DNA of 64,000 nucleotides from positions 288,001 through 352,000 of the forward strand of contig JBGAON010000001.1 of the NCBI GenBank assembly GCA_044221725.1, given 5' to 3'. The notes beneath the pieces were generated by a model, which was given only the letters and a program-made list of their open reading frames with translations, was not told the origin of the DNA and made no database searches. The stretch is from Elusimicrobiota bacterium (GTDB taxonomy: Bacteria > Elusimicrobiota > Elusimicrobia > F11). The first letter of the stretch is position 1. Every line of letters starts with the position of its first letter. The translations under genes were made by a program, and so were the position numbers. Shown here piece by piece: positions 47,349-57,520 of the stretch.

Positions 47349-48458
47349 ATGGCCGACATCAAGCAGAACCTCAAACAAACCGTCTCGCCAAACGTGATTC
47401 AACGAACCGTATTGGTGGGACGCGTCAAAATGGCACAGGCCATCAAGATGCCCGAATCCGAATGGGCGAAACTGGTTTCCGATATTGAACACGATACGCT
47501 TTTTCAAGAGTTGGTAAACGCTCGCGCCGAGGGCAAACGTATCATTAAATTTAAACGCTTCGCCCGCACCGGTCTTGCCGGGCAGTTCTATGACAGCCAA
47601 GACGTCGACGTTGCCGGAGGCGGTGGCCTTTCTCCTGAGGCATTGCTCGAGCAGAAAAAGCATTTGCTCACAATCATCGAAAAAATCGGGCAAGAGAATT
47701 TTGAGAAGCACTTCTTGTACCGCGAAGGAAGTGAAACGGCAGAAGATATTGCTGGAATTTGCGGTCTGACGATGGACGAGGCCAAACAAGTTCAGGAGTT
47801 CGTAGTCGATATGTCCGTTCAAGCCGAGTTTTATCATCCCTCGCATCTTCAGCCGTCGGAGCTCGCTCGCCCCACATTAATAGGACGAATCGTTCAAAAC
47901 GAGGACCATACATTCTCGATCGCTTTTTTCTCTCCGCATCTGGCGCGTGGTATGTACGAGATCGATCGGGACGCTCTGCGGCGTTGGCAAAGATCAAAAA
48001 AATTGGACAGGGCCGCAGCGGCGCGTTTGCGAAAGTACGTGGGAATTTTGGAGCTTTCGAACATGAAGCAAGGGGCGTTTTGGCGCGTGATTGATTATCT
48101 GCTCAAGGCACAGAAAGAATATTTTGAGACCCAGGATCCCACGAAAATGAGCCCGGTATCGCTCCGAAAGGTCGCGGCCCATCTGCAGTTTGCGCCAAGC
48201 ACGATCAGTCGCGTGCTGGCTTCAAAGAGCGTGTTGCTGCCGTGGGACCGAGAAGTGGCTTTATTGAATCTGATGCCAGGGCAGCGCCGAATAATTCTCG
48301 AAGTGATGAGCCGCATCGCCGGCGAAGGCAGCCCCCATGTAACCGATATGGCGTTGGCTCGCAAGATTGAAGAACGATTTAAACTGAAGATTTCTCGCCG
48401 TACCGTGACAGCCTGCCGGCACGTCCTTGAAAAACAACGCCGCGCCGAAGCCGCCTAA
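47349..48458 (+). CDS. Divergent, shortened sigma-54 (RpoN)-like protein
   Basis: P.SLRKVA..L....STISR HTH; TD..LA..I.....KISRRTV..CR RpoN-box variant; Q/L-rich N-terminus. Confidence 0.75.
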   Translation: MADIKQNLKQTVSPNVIQRTVLVGRVKMAQAIKMPESEWAKLVSDIEHDTLFQELVNARAEGKRIIKFKRFARTGLAGQFYDSQDVDVAGGGGLSPEALLEQKKHLLTIIEKIGQENFEKHFLYREGSETAEDIAGICGLTMDEAKQVQEFVVDMSVQAEFYHPSHLQPSELARPTLIGRIVQNEDHTFSIAFFSPHLARGMYEIDRDALRRWQRSKKLDRAAAARLRKYVGILELSNMKQGAFWRVIDYLLKAQKEYFETQDPTKMSPVSLRKVAAHLQFAPSTISRVLASKSVLLPWDREVALLNLMPGQRRIILEVMSRIAGEGSPHVTDMALARKIEERFKLKISRRTVTACRHVLEKQRRAEAA

Positions 48459-48497
48459 TTACCAACCCACTTCATTGCCCGTGCTATAATCCCCGTC

Positions 48498-49022
48498 GTG
48501 TTTCGCACTGTCTTGTTGTCTTTCAATCGATGTTGTTTGATGCTCGTGCTCACCGGAGTTTTGCCGTTGTGTGCAGAAGAGGCTTTTAGCACCCCTGTCG
48601 ATTCCAATCCGATAACGGAGCCATCCCACGCAGCGGTCCCCGCTGATGGGAAGGTGGCGTTTAAGGATCATCCGAAGGTCTTGGAAATTGAGAGTCTCTG
48701 GGATGCCGGAAACAAATCACGAGCAAACCGGGTTCTTAACTCTTGGATGAAACAAGAGAAGCATTCACCGTATCCGTGGGTTGAGTCCGCGGCGCTGCGG
48801 TTTCGCGAAAAGAAATATAAGAATGCGTTAGCGCTTTCGAAAGAGGCGTTGGAAAAATCGCCGCAATGCGCCGAAGCCTATTACTGGCGAGGCCGCAGCT
48901 ACGAAGCGATGAACAAACCGCTCGATGCTGCCAACGAATACCGCGCGGCGTTGCTAGCGAAAGCGAAATACGAAGAAGCCCAAGAAGGTTTGGACCGCGT
49001 GTCCGCTGTTTTGGGATCGTAA
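48498..49022 (+). CDS. Exported TPR protein
   Basis: Signal peptide; AL...P..AEAYYWRG..Y. Confidence 0.75.
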   Translation: MFRTVLLSFNRCCLMLVLTGVLPLCAEEAFSTPVDSNPITEPSHAAVPADGKVAFKDHPKVLEIESLWDAGNKSRANRVLNSWMKQEKHSPYPWVESAALRFREKKYKNALALSKEALEKSPQCAEAYYWRGRSYEAMNKPLDAANEYRAALLAKAKYEEAQEGLDRVSAVLGS

Positions 49023-49036
49023 CAACAAAATTTTAT

Positions 49037-49119
49037 GCGCAGGTGGTGGAACGGCAGACACGCCAGCCTCAGGAGCTGGTGGGCGAAAGCCCTTGCAGGT
49101 TCAAATCCTGTCCTGCGCA
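49037..49119 (+). tRNA. tRNA-Leu(CAG)
   Basis: GCGCAGG acceptor; CCAGC-CTCAGGA-GCTGG; long variable arm GGGCGAAAGCCC. Confidence 0.95.
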
Positions 49120-49135
49120 AAATTTCGATTGCTAG

Positions 49136-49627
49136 ATGAAGAGAGACGAAGACAAAAAAGATTCCCGCAAAGTTGTTGCTTCCAACCGCCGGGCTTCCGC
49201 CAAATACGAGATCATTGAGACATTGGAAGCAGGAATGGTGTTGACGGGGCCCGAAGTGAAATCGCTGAGGGACGGAGGCGCGAGCCTTCAGGATGGATTC
49301 GCCCGCGTTGATGGGGAACAGGCCTTTCTGTGGAATGTTCACATTGCGCCCTACAACATGGGGTCGTTGCATGTAACTCAAGATCCGGTGCGGACGCGCA
49401 AGTTGTTGTTGCACCACAAAGAAATCCTGCGGTGGATGGGACGAACGATGGTCAAAGGTCTCACGATCGTGCCGCTAGAAATTTATTTCAACAAGCGTGG
49501 GAAAGCGAAAATTGTTCTCGCGCTCGCAAAAGGAAAGCGTGGGCCAGACCGTCGCGATGAAATCAAGCGCCGAACCGTTGACCGTGAGCTCCGCAAAGAA
49601 TTCGCTGGTAAGCAGCGCATAAAATAA
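49136..49627 (+). CDS. smpB: SsrA-binding protein
   Basis: NRRA...Y.I.ETLEAG.VL.G.EVKSLR, RTRKLLLH, LA.GK..DRR. Confidence 0.97.
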   Translation: MKRDEDKKDSRKVVASNRRASAKYEIIETLEAGMVLTGPEVKSLRDGGASLQDGFARVDGEQAFLWNVHIAPYNMGSLHVTQDPVRTRKLLLHHKEILRWMGRTMVKGLTIVPLEIYFNKRGKAKIVLALAKGKRGPDRRDEIKRRTVDRELRKEFAGKQRIK

Positions 49628-49687
49628 TTTTGTACATCGTCCATGGTCCATATCTATAGGCCATAGACTGTGCGCCGTAAGCGTATT

Positions 49688-49774
49688 GGAGAGGTGCCTG
49701 AGTGGTTGAAAGGGCTCGCCTCGAAAGCGTGTAGGGTCGTAAGACTCTCGTGGGTTCGAATCCCACCCTCTCCG
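49688..49774 (+). tRNA. tRNA-Ser(CGA)
   Basis: GGAGAGG acceptor; anticodon loop CTCGAAA; long variable arm; GGTTCGAATCC. Confidence 0.95.
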
Positions 49775-49841
49775 GGTCAGTCAAATGGTCTATGGTCCAG
49801 GACCTATCGTTTATGGACTCAACGACCCCGCGACTCTTACA

Positions 49842-50972
49842 ATGAAAAAAAATATCGCAGCGATCATATTGGTATTCGCGACATTTGCCGTTGCCCGCAT
49901 TTCATCCGCTGAGACAGAGATCAACACGCTTCAGCTGCGGGTGGACCCCGCCTATTTCTCCCCCGACGGTGACGGACTCCAAGACCAAACGTTTTTTTAT
50001 CCGGTATTGAAATCGCAAGCCGAAGGTTCGCGTTGGACACTTGATATATCGGAAGCAAAACGTCATCGGCGCATAGTGAGGCTGAGCGGCGCTCGATGCC
50101 CGGCGCTGATTAAGTGGAGTGGCAACGATAAAAAAGATCAGATCGTCCCCGATGGTGCCTACGTTGCCAAGTTGACGGTGAGCGGAAAAAGATCCGAAGT
50201 TGTCGCCGAACAGACAGTGGTTGTGGACCGAAAACCACCCCAAGTAACGCTTTCCCTTTCAACCGCCGTTTTTGACAAGAGTTTTTTAGCCAACGGAGCG
50301 ATCGCAATGACGCCTCGCGTATTCGACGATTCGCCGGTGGAGCGGTGGATCGTTCAGGTGCTGGATCAAACCGGGCGAACCGTAACCGTAATGTCGTCGA
50401 GCGGGCCGGTGCATGACGTTGCGTGGGATGGCACGGATCGCAACACGAGCGTGCTGGTTCCACAGGGACGCTATCGCGTGGCGTTTCAGGCGTGGGACAA
50501 GGCCGGTAATCAAAGTGCTCCGTACTTCGCCAATTTAACTGTTAATGTCAGCGCCCGCGAAATGCTCGAACACTCGCTGCACGAGATCCAAGTAAACGAG
50601 ACGCCGATGGGACTGATTGTTCAGCTCGATTCAAAAAATTTGTTCGTTGCACGGAAAAATAAAATTGAGTTATCGGATCCTGGGAAGGATACGCTGCGCG
50701 AGGTGGCAATCTTGTTGAACGCTTATCCCGCGGCGACCGTGAAATTGGACGGATATTCGCATCAGAAGAAAACCGCTTCGCTTGACCAACAGCAAGCGAG
50801 CCTGTTTGCCTGGCGAATTTACAGTTACTTGAGCAAAGCCGGCAACGTAAAAGCGTCGCGTGTTACCGTTCGCGGCCGCGGTCGTTCGGCGATGTTCGAT
50901 CGCCGATCGGTTTCGGTGCCGCTCACAAAAAATGGTGTCGAAGTGATTTTGGAAGGAAGCGGGCCGTGGTGA
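49842..50972 (+). CDS. Exported FlgD-Ig-repeat protein with degenerate OmpA-like domain
   Basis: Signal peptide; FSPDGDG.QD, W.G.D.....VPDG.Y, WDKAGN; L.EVA.LL..YP...V.LDGY, V.GRG. Confidence 0.7.
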   Translation: MKKNIAAIILVFATFAVARISSAETEINTLQLRVDPAYFSPDGDGLQDQTFFYPVLKSQAEGSRWTLDISEAKRHRRIVRLSGARCPALIKWSGNDKKDQIVPDGAYVAKLTVSGKRSEVVAEQTVVVDRKPPQVTLSLSTAVFDKSFLANGAIAMTPRVFDDSPVERWIVQVLDQTGRTVTVMSSSGPVHDVAWDGTDRNTSVLVPQGRYRVAFQAWDKAGNQSAPYFANLTVNVSAREMLEHSLHEIQVNETPMGLIVQLDSKNLFVARKNKIELSDPGKDTLREVAILLNAYPAATVKLDGYSHQKKTASLDQQQASLFAWRIYSYLSKAGNVKASRVTVRGRGRSAMFDRRSVSVPLTKNGVEVILEGSGPW

Positions 50973-51018
50973 TTGTGCCGCTCTCCCGGCGTTCCGAAAA
51001 ATCTTCTACCATTCCTTT

Positions 51019-51738
51019 ATGAAAATTATTACAGGAATGCATCGCTCGGGCACCTCCATGGTGGCCCGTTTGTTCCATGCGGTGGGTGCAAACCTTGGAA
51101 ATGAGAAAACTTTTTACCGCCCTGATAAATGGAATCCGGATGGGTATTTTGAGCAGCCCGATATTCACGCTGTTAATTTTCCGCTAATCAACGGGCCATT
51201 CTGGAAATTCTCTTATCTTTTTCTGCCATCCGAAAAGACGATTTTAAGGCGAGCGCGGTCGATGTCGGACCGCATTCTCCAAACAGCAGAGAAGTATAAG
51301 AACGCGGTCATTAAAGAAACACGTTTTTGTTTAACGCTGCCGGCATGGAAAGAGGCGTCCGCTACCCCCGAAAAAATACTGGTATGTCTGCGCGAGCCGA
51401 TTCAAGTGGCTTCATCATTGAAAAAACGGAATTGGATTAGTCTTCGCATGGGACTCGATTTATGGAAAGTCCACAATGTTCGACTTTTAAAATATATCGA
51501 AAACATTCCACATCGATTTGTGAGTTATCACAACGTGCTCGATCCGGCGATGTTTTCTCGCGAAGTGAAGCCCGCATTGGCGTTTTTTGGAAATCCAATT
51601 TCCGATGACAAATTCGAAGCTTTAAGAAACGAACACGTTAAGCCCGGCATGAACAACAATTCTTTTGTTTCAGAACGATATCCAGCGGACATTCAGGCGT
51701 TATGGGACCATCTGCAGAAATTGCACAGCAAACAGTAA
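51019..51738 (+). CDS. Sulfotransferase-family protein
   Basis: ITGMHRSGTS PAPS-binding motif, NPDGYFE, KETR, R.P..VA.SL..R. Confidence 0.85.
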   Translation: MKIITGMHRSGTSMVARLFHAVGANLGNEKTFYRPDKWNPDGYFEQPDIHAVNFPLINGPFWKFSYLFLPSEKTILRRARSMSDRILQTAEKYKNAVIKETRFCLTLPAWKEASATPEKILVCLREPIQVASSLKKRNWISLRMGLDLWKVHNVRLLKYIENIPHRFVSYHNVLDPAMFSREVKPALAFFGNPISDDKFEALRNEHVKPGMNNNSFVSERYPADIQALWDHLQKLHSKQ

Positions 51739-52721
51739 AAAGTTCGGACGCGACGAGGAGAAGTCCTCCTCCCGCCGTTGCGTCGGTGTGCGTGTTGATA
51801 CCGGTGCTTAACGCGGAGGTATCGATCGGGCCTTTAATTGAGACGCTCGTTGCCCAATACGGCAAGGTGTATTCGCAATTTGAAATTCTTTTGGTGAACG
51901 ACGGCAGCACCGATGGCAGTCAGAAGATTATCGAGCAGAAAGTTCAGAAATTTCCTGGCCTGGTTAAAGGGGTCCGTCTCTCTAAAAACTTTGGCGAACA
52001 TAATGCCGTGATGTGCGGGTTGAGTTTTGTGCGTGCCGACGCGGTTGTCATCATTGATGACGACTGGCAGAACCCGCCATCCGAAATTAAATTGCTGGTG
52101 GATAAATTGTCCGAAGGTTACGATGTGGTTTACTGCACCTACGACCAGATTCGGCAGTCGTTATTCCGGCGCCTTGGAAGTGCGTTCGCCAATTTGGTCG
52201 CAACGCGGCTTCTGGGCAAGCCAAAGTCACTTTACTTGTCCAGTTTCAAGGCAATGAACTCTTTCCTGGTGCGTTCGGTTCTCACATACAAAGGTCCATT
52301 CCCTTATTTGGATGGAATCATTCTCAGTCAGACGCAATCCATTGGGCAACAGCGGGTGACACATCAACTGCGCTATGCCGGTCGATCGAATTATGATCTC
52401 TCACGATTGTTTCGCCTTTGGCTTAACATGTTTACTGGGTTTTCGATTCTTCCGTTGCGGGCGGCTTCGCTCCTCGGTTTCGCTGTGTCGGTGGGCGCGT
52501 TTTTCCTGTCCCTGTTTTTTATTTACACGCATTTTCATGGCCCGGTGCTTATCAATAATGCGATTCCACCGGGTTGGGCCTCTTTGATTGTGGCGGTCAC
52601 ATTTCTTGGTGGCATGCAGCTCTGTGTGTTGGGTTTGGTTGGTGAATATCTTGGACGTCTGTTCCTAACAATCAATCAATTGCCTCAATATATTGTGAAA
52701 GAGACATTGGGTTTGAACTAA
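51702..52721 (+). CDS. GT2 polyprenol-phosphate glycosyltransferase (ArnC/GtrB-like); start uncertain
   Basis: IPVLN, VNDGSTD, NFGEHNA, IDDD.QNPP, two C-terminal TM helices, GEYLGR. Confidence 0.9.
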   Translation: MGPSAEIAQQTVKSSDATRRSPPPAVASVCVLIPVLNAEVSIGPLIETLVAQYGKVYSQFEILLVNDGSTDGSQKIIEQKVQKFPGLVKGVRLSKNFGEHNAVMCGLSFVRADAVVIIDDDWQNPPSEIKLLVDKLSEGYDVVYCTYDQIRQSLFRRLGSAFANLVATRLLGKPKSLYLSSFKAMNSFLVRSVLTYKGPFPYLDGIILSQTQSIGQQRVTHQLRYAGRSNYDLSRLFRLWLNMFTGFSILPLRAASLLGFAVSVGAFFLSLFFIYTHFHGPVLINNAIPPGWASLIVAVTFLGGMQLCVLGLVGEYLGRLFLTINQLPQYIVKETLGLN

Positions 52722-52722
52722 T

Positions 52723-53661
52723 TTGCTCGACCAACTTTCAACGTCGGTTCCTCCGGATTATTACGACCACAATGATTCCGTGCAGAATTGTTTTTTGTGT
52801 GGCGCCCCATCGTATCAGGTCTATCAGAAGTCTCACGATTTCGGACTGCCGTTGGTTTTTCAACAGTGTCGGTGCGGCCTTATAAAACAAACGCCGCTTC
52901 CCAACGAACGTTTTTTTAACTGGTTTTTCAACGCCCCGGTATTTTACAGTGCGGCCCACGCACGCAATGCGAGGATTTGGGGCTATCAGGATTACTTTGG
53001 CGACGAGCGTAGTCGCATGGCAACGGCTCGCCTTCGCTACAAAAAGTTGAGCGTCTATTTCCCGCGCCAATCGGGCCTTCGTATTTTGAAGATCGGCCCT
53101 GCCACCGGAACCTTTCTTAAAGTGGCCAATGATCATGGTCATCACGCGATTGGTTGCGATATTTCTTCAGAATTTGTTGCCTTTGCGCGCTCGCGTTACG
53201 ATGTGCGAATTGATCACGGAAGATTTGAGAAGATGCGTTACGAGTCCGAGCAGTTCGATATTGTTGTGTTGTTCAATGTCATCGAGAATATTCCGAATCA
53301 GGACGAGATTTGGAGCGAAATACAGCGTGTTCTTAAACCCAATGGGATTTTTATGTTCAACTATGTTGATATGCAATCGAACATCATTGCGAAGCTGCAA
53401 GGCTCGCGTTATTTTCTATTCCGTCCGCCGGTTTGTTACGCGTTTTCAGCCTCTCTCATTGAGCGACTCCTCGGGCGGTTCGGTTTTGAGCCCATCGTGA
53501 CAAAACGCGACACGCGATACATGACACTTGAAAAAATTCTCACGTTGCTTCGACTGAATTATCTCGCTCGGCTGTTTCAAAGAATAGGAATCGCGAAACT
53601 TCCATTCCCAATTTTTGCGTACCCTTCTCGCATTGTCGTCGCGCGAAAACACACAGCGTAA
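52723..53661 (+). CDS. Class I SAM-dependent methyltransferase with N-terminal Cys cluster
   Basis: CFLCG..CRCGL; LKIGPATG, GCDIS, FDIV...VIE, LKPNG. Confidence 0.85.
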   Translation: MLDQLSTSVPPDYYDHNDSVQNCFLCGAPSYQVYQKSHDFGLPLVFQQCRCGLIKQTPLPNERFFNWFFNAPVFYSAAHARNARIWGYQDYFGDERSRMATARLRYKKLSVYFPRQSGLRILKIGPATGTFLKVANDHGHHAIGCDISSEFVAFARSRYDVRIDHGRFEKMRYESEQFDIVVLFNVIENIPNQDEIWSEIQRVLKPNGIFMFNYVDMQSNIIAKLQGSRYFLFRPPVCYAFSASLIERLLGRFGFEPIVTKRDTRYMTLEKILTLLRLNYLARLFQRIGIAKLPFPIFAYPSRIVVARKHTA

Positions 53662-55967
53662 TGGAAGAAAATCGTTTCTGGAACAATCGCAGCCTGTTTG
53701 CCATTTTGCTGATTGTTCACCCGTTTGTGACGTTGCTGATCCATCCGAACATTATTTACATCGGGTTGCAGCAGGATCCGGCCCAGGCTCTTGGCGCGAT
53801 TCTAAACTTCGACTTTCTGCACAACGTGCTCATGAACGACCGGCGATTGGACCGTCTTCCCATGATTTTCTTGAGTTATCCTTTCTACAAGGTCTTTCCG
53901 GCCATGGTGGCCCACCATCTTCTTTATTTCATTTCCTGCTTGGGTATTCTGACGTTGATGTTTTTCACCACGCGGCTCTTCGCCCCCGAGCCGAAGGCGA
54001 TGCTCGCAACCCTTCTCTTCGCAACAAATTTCTGGATTTTGCCAACGTTTGGGGATGTCTATTTGAACCGGTACATGATTCTTTTCTTCCTGGCGGGTTT
54101 TTATTTTGTCGTTAAAGCTGCTCGGGCGGAGAACCAAATAGCGCGGCCCATGATAAGCGGTTTCTTCGCCGCATGCGCCTTTTTTTCACACTTCGCGGCG
54201 TTGCCACTTCTTTTCGTCGGTCCGCTTTATTTTTTTGTTGAGAAGATCGCACAAAAGAAGTTTTCCATGCGGGAAACTCTTAATTTCGTTAATTATTTTG
54301 CGGACGGTTTCGTGGTTTGCTTCTTGTGTTTCGGGTTGTTCAACTATTTGTTTTTGAACGGGCGTTTCCTCTTCTTCATTAATCAGTTTGCCATAAGCCA
54401 GGCTGATTACAGCGACCGTGCTTCGGGTTTTGCGGATGTGTTTCAACCGATTTCGAATTCTTTGTTGTTGATCACGTTTGTGGCGGCAATCGTAACGCTT
54501 CGTCAGCAGCGGGAGTCTTCTCGGCAAAGAATCGTCGCGTGGTGGTTTCTTTTTGCGGCGACGCTTTATTTGATGTTGTGTATCGCAAACGTCTGGTTGC
54601 TTCCAAAAAGTCCGATTTTTCCACGAATGTTGATTCGCGAGTTTTTCCGTTTGTGGCCAGTGCCTTTCGCGTTGCTAACGCTTTATTGTTGTCTTATTCC
54701 TGAAGATTTCAGGTTAACGCCGGTCCGATTGCTGTCTCTTTATGCCGCGCTTATGATCTCGATTTCTCCCGCTTCTTCGGCGTTCGTTTCACTAACGAAA
54801 TTGGCGCCGTTGCTGGCGAGAAATACACTAACAATCGCGTTGATTGGGTTTGTCATTGTTGGGTTCGATCGTTATCCCGGAAACCGAAAATGGATGGCTG
54901 GATGCGCATTTGGACTCGCGCTGCTTATGCGGTCTGTGTTGTTTGCCGCGTATCCGGTAAATGCCGCAAACGGGTACGCCGACCGTTCTTATTATTCCCG
55001 CCTGTACCGCGCAAATGCCCTGCTTCAAACTCCATCCGCCTCTCGAAATTTTTATTGGTTAAACAAGAAGCCGGAGGACGTCACGCTGTGGGATGAATAC
55101 AAGACCATTGGTATCTTCTGGCTCTGTGACTACAATCCGATGGTGTTGGGGGGAAATCCCTTCTTCGGGCCCGGCCCGGCAGGCGTGACCAATTATGTTG
55201 AAGAATCCATGAAAGAGAACAGTCGCATTATCCTCGTCGACGAAGATTTGGATGGCAACGCAATTGAACAGAAAAACCCCGCCTTATTTCCGTACGGTAT
55301 GCGGCTCCGCGAAGAATCCCGCCAAAAGGTCAGCTCTGATGACAAGAAATACTATCTGATCCGATGCCGAGCGGATCCCTATTTGGATTTTGCTCATTGG
55401 GACAAATCGCTGTTAGCGGAGCACACCGGTCTTACGCACATTGCGAACGGAAATTTTAAAGAGGGCATGGCCGGCTGGGAGGGGGGCGATTCCAGCGCGT
55501 CGTGGCCCGGTAAGGCGCAGTACAAATTTGCGACCTCAAATTACACGTTGAGTCGCAATCCCGACGACCGGAGCTTGTTGATCGAAACATCGAATCATTT
55601 GATCAATATCAACACGCATGTAAAGAATCTGGAAGTGGGAAAGCTGTATTCTTTCTTGATCCGTTTCAAAATTGTTCGAACCGATTTGCTAGGAAACAAG
55701 CCGCAATCTCTCAAGGCGGAGGATTCCAAAATCAGCGACCTTATTTATTTTTATGACAGCAAAGGCGCCATTCCGATGATATCGCCGACGGGGAGTTCTG
55801 CCAAAGCCGAATGGCTCGAGGATGGTTTCGCATTTATCGCGCGGGAGGCCGAGTCCTCTTTGTGGATCTATTGTTCGTCGGATGGAACCTATAAGAATTC
55901 TTGTTTTATCGACGACGTCCAAGTAAAGCCGATTACCGCCAATTTGTCCGGTCCGTCCGAAAACTGA
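53661..55967 (+). CDS. Polytopic membrane protein (GT-C/GtrC-like) with C-terminal CBM-like beta domain
   Basis: About 12 TM helices; SGFF.A.A..SH; IANGNF..G..GW ... IDDV.V. Confidence 0.6.
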   Translation: MEENRFWNNRSLFAILLIVHPFVTLLIHPNIIYIGLQQDPAQALGAILNFDFLHNVLMNDRRLDRLPMIFLSYPFYKVFPAMVAHHLLYFISCLGILTLMFFTTRLFAPEPKAMLATLLFATNFWILPTFGDVYLNRYMILFFLAGFYFVVKAARAENQIARPMISGFFAACAFFSHFAALPLLFVGPLYFFVEKIAQKKFSMRETLNFVNYFADGFVVCFLCFGLFNYLFLNGRFLFFINQFAISQADYSDRASGFADVFQPISNSLLLITFVAAIVTLRQQRESSRQRIVAWWFLFAATLYLMLCIANVWLLPKSPIFPRMLIREFFRLWPVPFALLTLYCCLIPEDFRLTPVRLLSLYAALMISISPASSAFVSLTKLAPLLARNTLTIALIGFVIVGFDRYPGNRKWMAGCAFGLALLMRSVLFAAYPVNAANGYADRSYYSRLYRANALLQTPSASRNFYWLNKKPEDVTLWDEYKTIGIFWLCDYNPMVLGGNPFFGPGPAGVTNYVEESMKENSRIILVDEDLDGNAIEQKNPALFPYGMRLREESRQKVSSDDKKYYLIRCRADPYLDFAHWDKSLLAEHTGLTHIANGNFKEGMAGWEGGDSSASWPGKAQYKFATSNYTLSRNPDDRSLLIETSNHLININTHVKNLEVGKLYSFLIRFKIVRTDLLGNKPQSLKAEDSKISDLIYFYDSKGAIPMISPTGSSAKAEWLEDGFAFIAREAESSLWIYCSSDGTYKNSCFIDDVQVKPITANLSGPSEN

Positions 55968-55994
55968 TAGAAACAATACGTGCATGCAGATTTT

Positions 55995-56081
55995 GGAGAG
56001 GTGCGTGAGTGGTTGAAACGGCACGCCTGGAAAGTGTGTAGGGTCGCGAGATCCTCGCGGGTTCGAATCCCGCCCTCTCCG
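55995..56081 (+). tRNA. tRNA-Ser(GGA)
   Basis: GGAGAGG acceptor; CACGC-CTGGAAA-GTGTG; long variable arm. Confidence 0.95.
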
Positions 56082-56083
56082 TC

Positions 56084-57091
56084 CTACACTGCTGTTGGTT
56101 CCCGGGACAGTTCCGTTTTGGCTTTTTTCAGGAATTCGTGTTGGATCAGTGATTGATCCGTGTCCGTTGCAGTTCGAAGTAACACGGTCGCTAGAATCGG
56201 CTCTCTCCCCGTCGTAAATCGCACGATCGCGCGTTTGTCTGGGTTGGGAACCGAAAAACGCCGGAATACCTCAGTGGCGGCATTCAATAGCCTTTGTTCG
56301 GCTTGCGCCAAATCTGTTTTTCCATCGAACTGAAATTCCACCGGAATTTGCAGCTCCCCTTTTTCGCGAAACGAGACAATGTACGATTGGGTGATAAACG
56401 AATTTGGAATTAGCACGATCTGCCCAGACAGAGTTTTCATTCGGCTCGAACGCCAACCCATATCCATGATGTATCCCTTGTGTGTGCCGTATCCGATGCC
56501 GCGTTCCAGTTCGAGATAGTCACCGATTTCCACCTGCCGTGAGGCGAGCAGATAAAATCCCGCAAACAAATTGCTGAGCGTGTCTTGCAGCGCGAGCCCG
56601 ACGGCCAAAGAACCGACGCCAAGCGCCGTAAGGAAGGGACCGATCGCAATCCCAAAATTGGACAACAGAAGAAGCGCACCGAAAACGTAGACCACCACTT
56701 GGACGAGGTTTTGAGAAAGACTTGCTGCCGGGAGCGGAAAATTGAGCCGGCTCGCGATGCGCGGAATAACTTCTTTCGCAATGTGCGCGGCCACCGCGGT
56801 CAGAAGCAAAATGACGAGTGCCGCACTCAGTCGATCGGCCAAAATCTCGGCGCGCAGCGAAAGCGGAAAAACGCGCAGGGAGAAAGCGACACCAGCGACA
56901 ACACTCCAAATCATCACATGGGTTTTTAAAATTTCGAGGATCGAAGTTAAAAGCGATCGTGCCCGCTGACGCTGCGCTAGCCGCGTCAGCATTGCCTGCA
57001 AAAGAAGCCCGATAACAATGCTTCCCACAATAATGCCGAGAGATACAAAGATCGGTTCCGGATGTTCGTGAAGCGCTCTGAGATAGTTCAT
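56084..57091 (-). CDS. MscS-family mechanosensitive channel
   Basis: LGVGSLAVGLALQDTLSNLFAG, IGDY, GWRSS, LIPNS. Confidence 0.92.
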   Translation of the reverse strand: MNYLRALHEHPEPIFVSLGIIVGSIVIGLLLQAMLTRLAQRQRARSLLTSILEILKTHVMIWSVVAGVAFSLRVFPLSLRAEILADRLSAALVILLLTAVAAHIAKEVIPRIASRLNFPLPAASLSQNLVQVVVYVFGALLLLSNFGIAIGPFLTALGVGSLAVGLALQDTLSNLFAGFYLLASRQVEIGDYLELERGIGYGTHKGYIMDMGWRSSRMKTLSGQIVLIPNSFITQSYIVSFREKGELQIPVEFQFDGKTDLAQAEQRLLNAATEVFRRFSVPNPDKRAIVRFTTGREPILATVLLRTATDTDQSLIQHEFLKKAKTELSREPTAV

Positions 57092-57231
57092 GCTGAAGAT
57101 ACGAATGGACGCTGAAGAAAGTTGTGCGCGTAAGAAGTTGCGTTAATAGATTATAATCACGGCCCTTCCCCAAGACTTTGGGGGCTGTCCCGCTTGATTT
57201 TTTATGTAAGGATGGGGCTGCCCGGAACAAC

Positions 57232-57304
57232 GGGGCTGTAGCTCAGCTGGGAGAGCGCATCGTTCGCAACGATGAGGTCGTCGGTTCGATCCCGATCAGC
57301 TCCA
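57232..57304 (+). tRNA. tRNA-Ala(CGC)
   Basis: GGGGCTGTAGCTCAGCTGGGAGAGCG-CATCG-TTCGCAA-CGATG..CAGCTCCA; G3:U70 pair. Confidence 0.95.
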
Positions 57305-57410
57305 CTTTTATTTCTAAATCATAGGCATCCACGCCCCGTGGTTAAAGACCGCTATTTAATCTCCACTATCTATCGAGTTTAACGCTTCTGCTGGTGTCTC
57401 AGAATAAATG

Positions 57411-57445
57411 AAAAGCCCCGCGGGTTGAACATCCGCGAGGCTTTT
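57411..57445. terminator. Bidirectional intrinsic terminator
   Basis: AAAAGCCCCGCGG..CCGCGAGGCTTTT between the convergent tRNA-Ala and small CDS. Confidence 0.75.
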
Positions 57446-57520
57446 CGGTGTGAATTTTTGCTGAGACCGAATCAATGTCGCAAGTCGCGACTTGACCCCT
57501 TTTATGCTTTTATGAATCTC

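Noticed and set aside
57181..57238. att-site remnants (GGGGCTG three times at the tRNA-Ala 5' end)
   Set aside because: Only 7-8 bp, at the 5' rather than 3' end, with no integrase; may be chance
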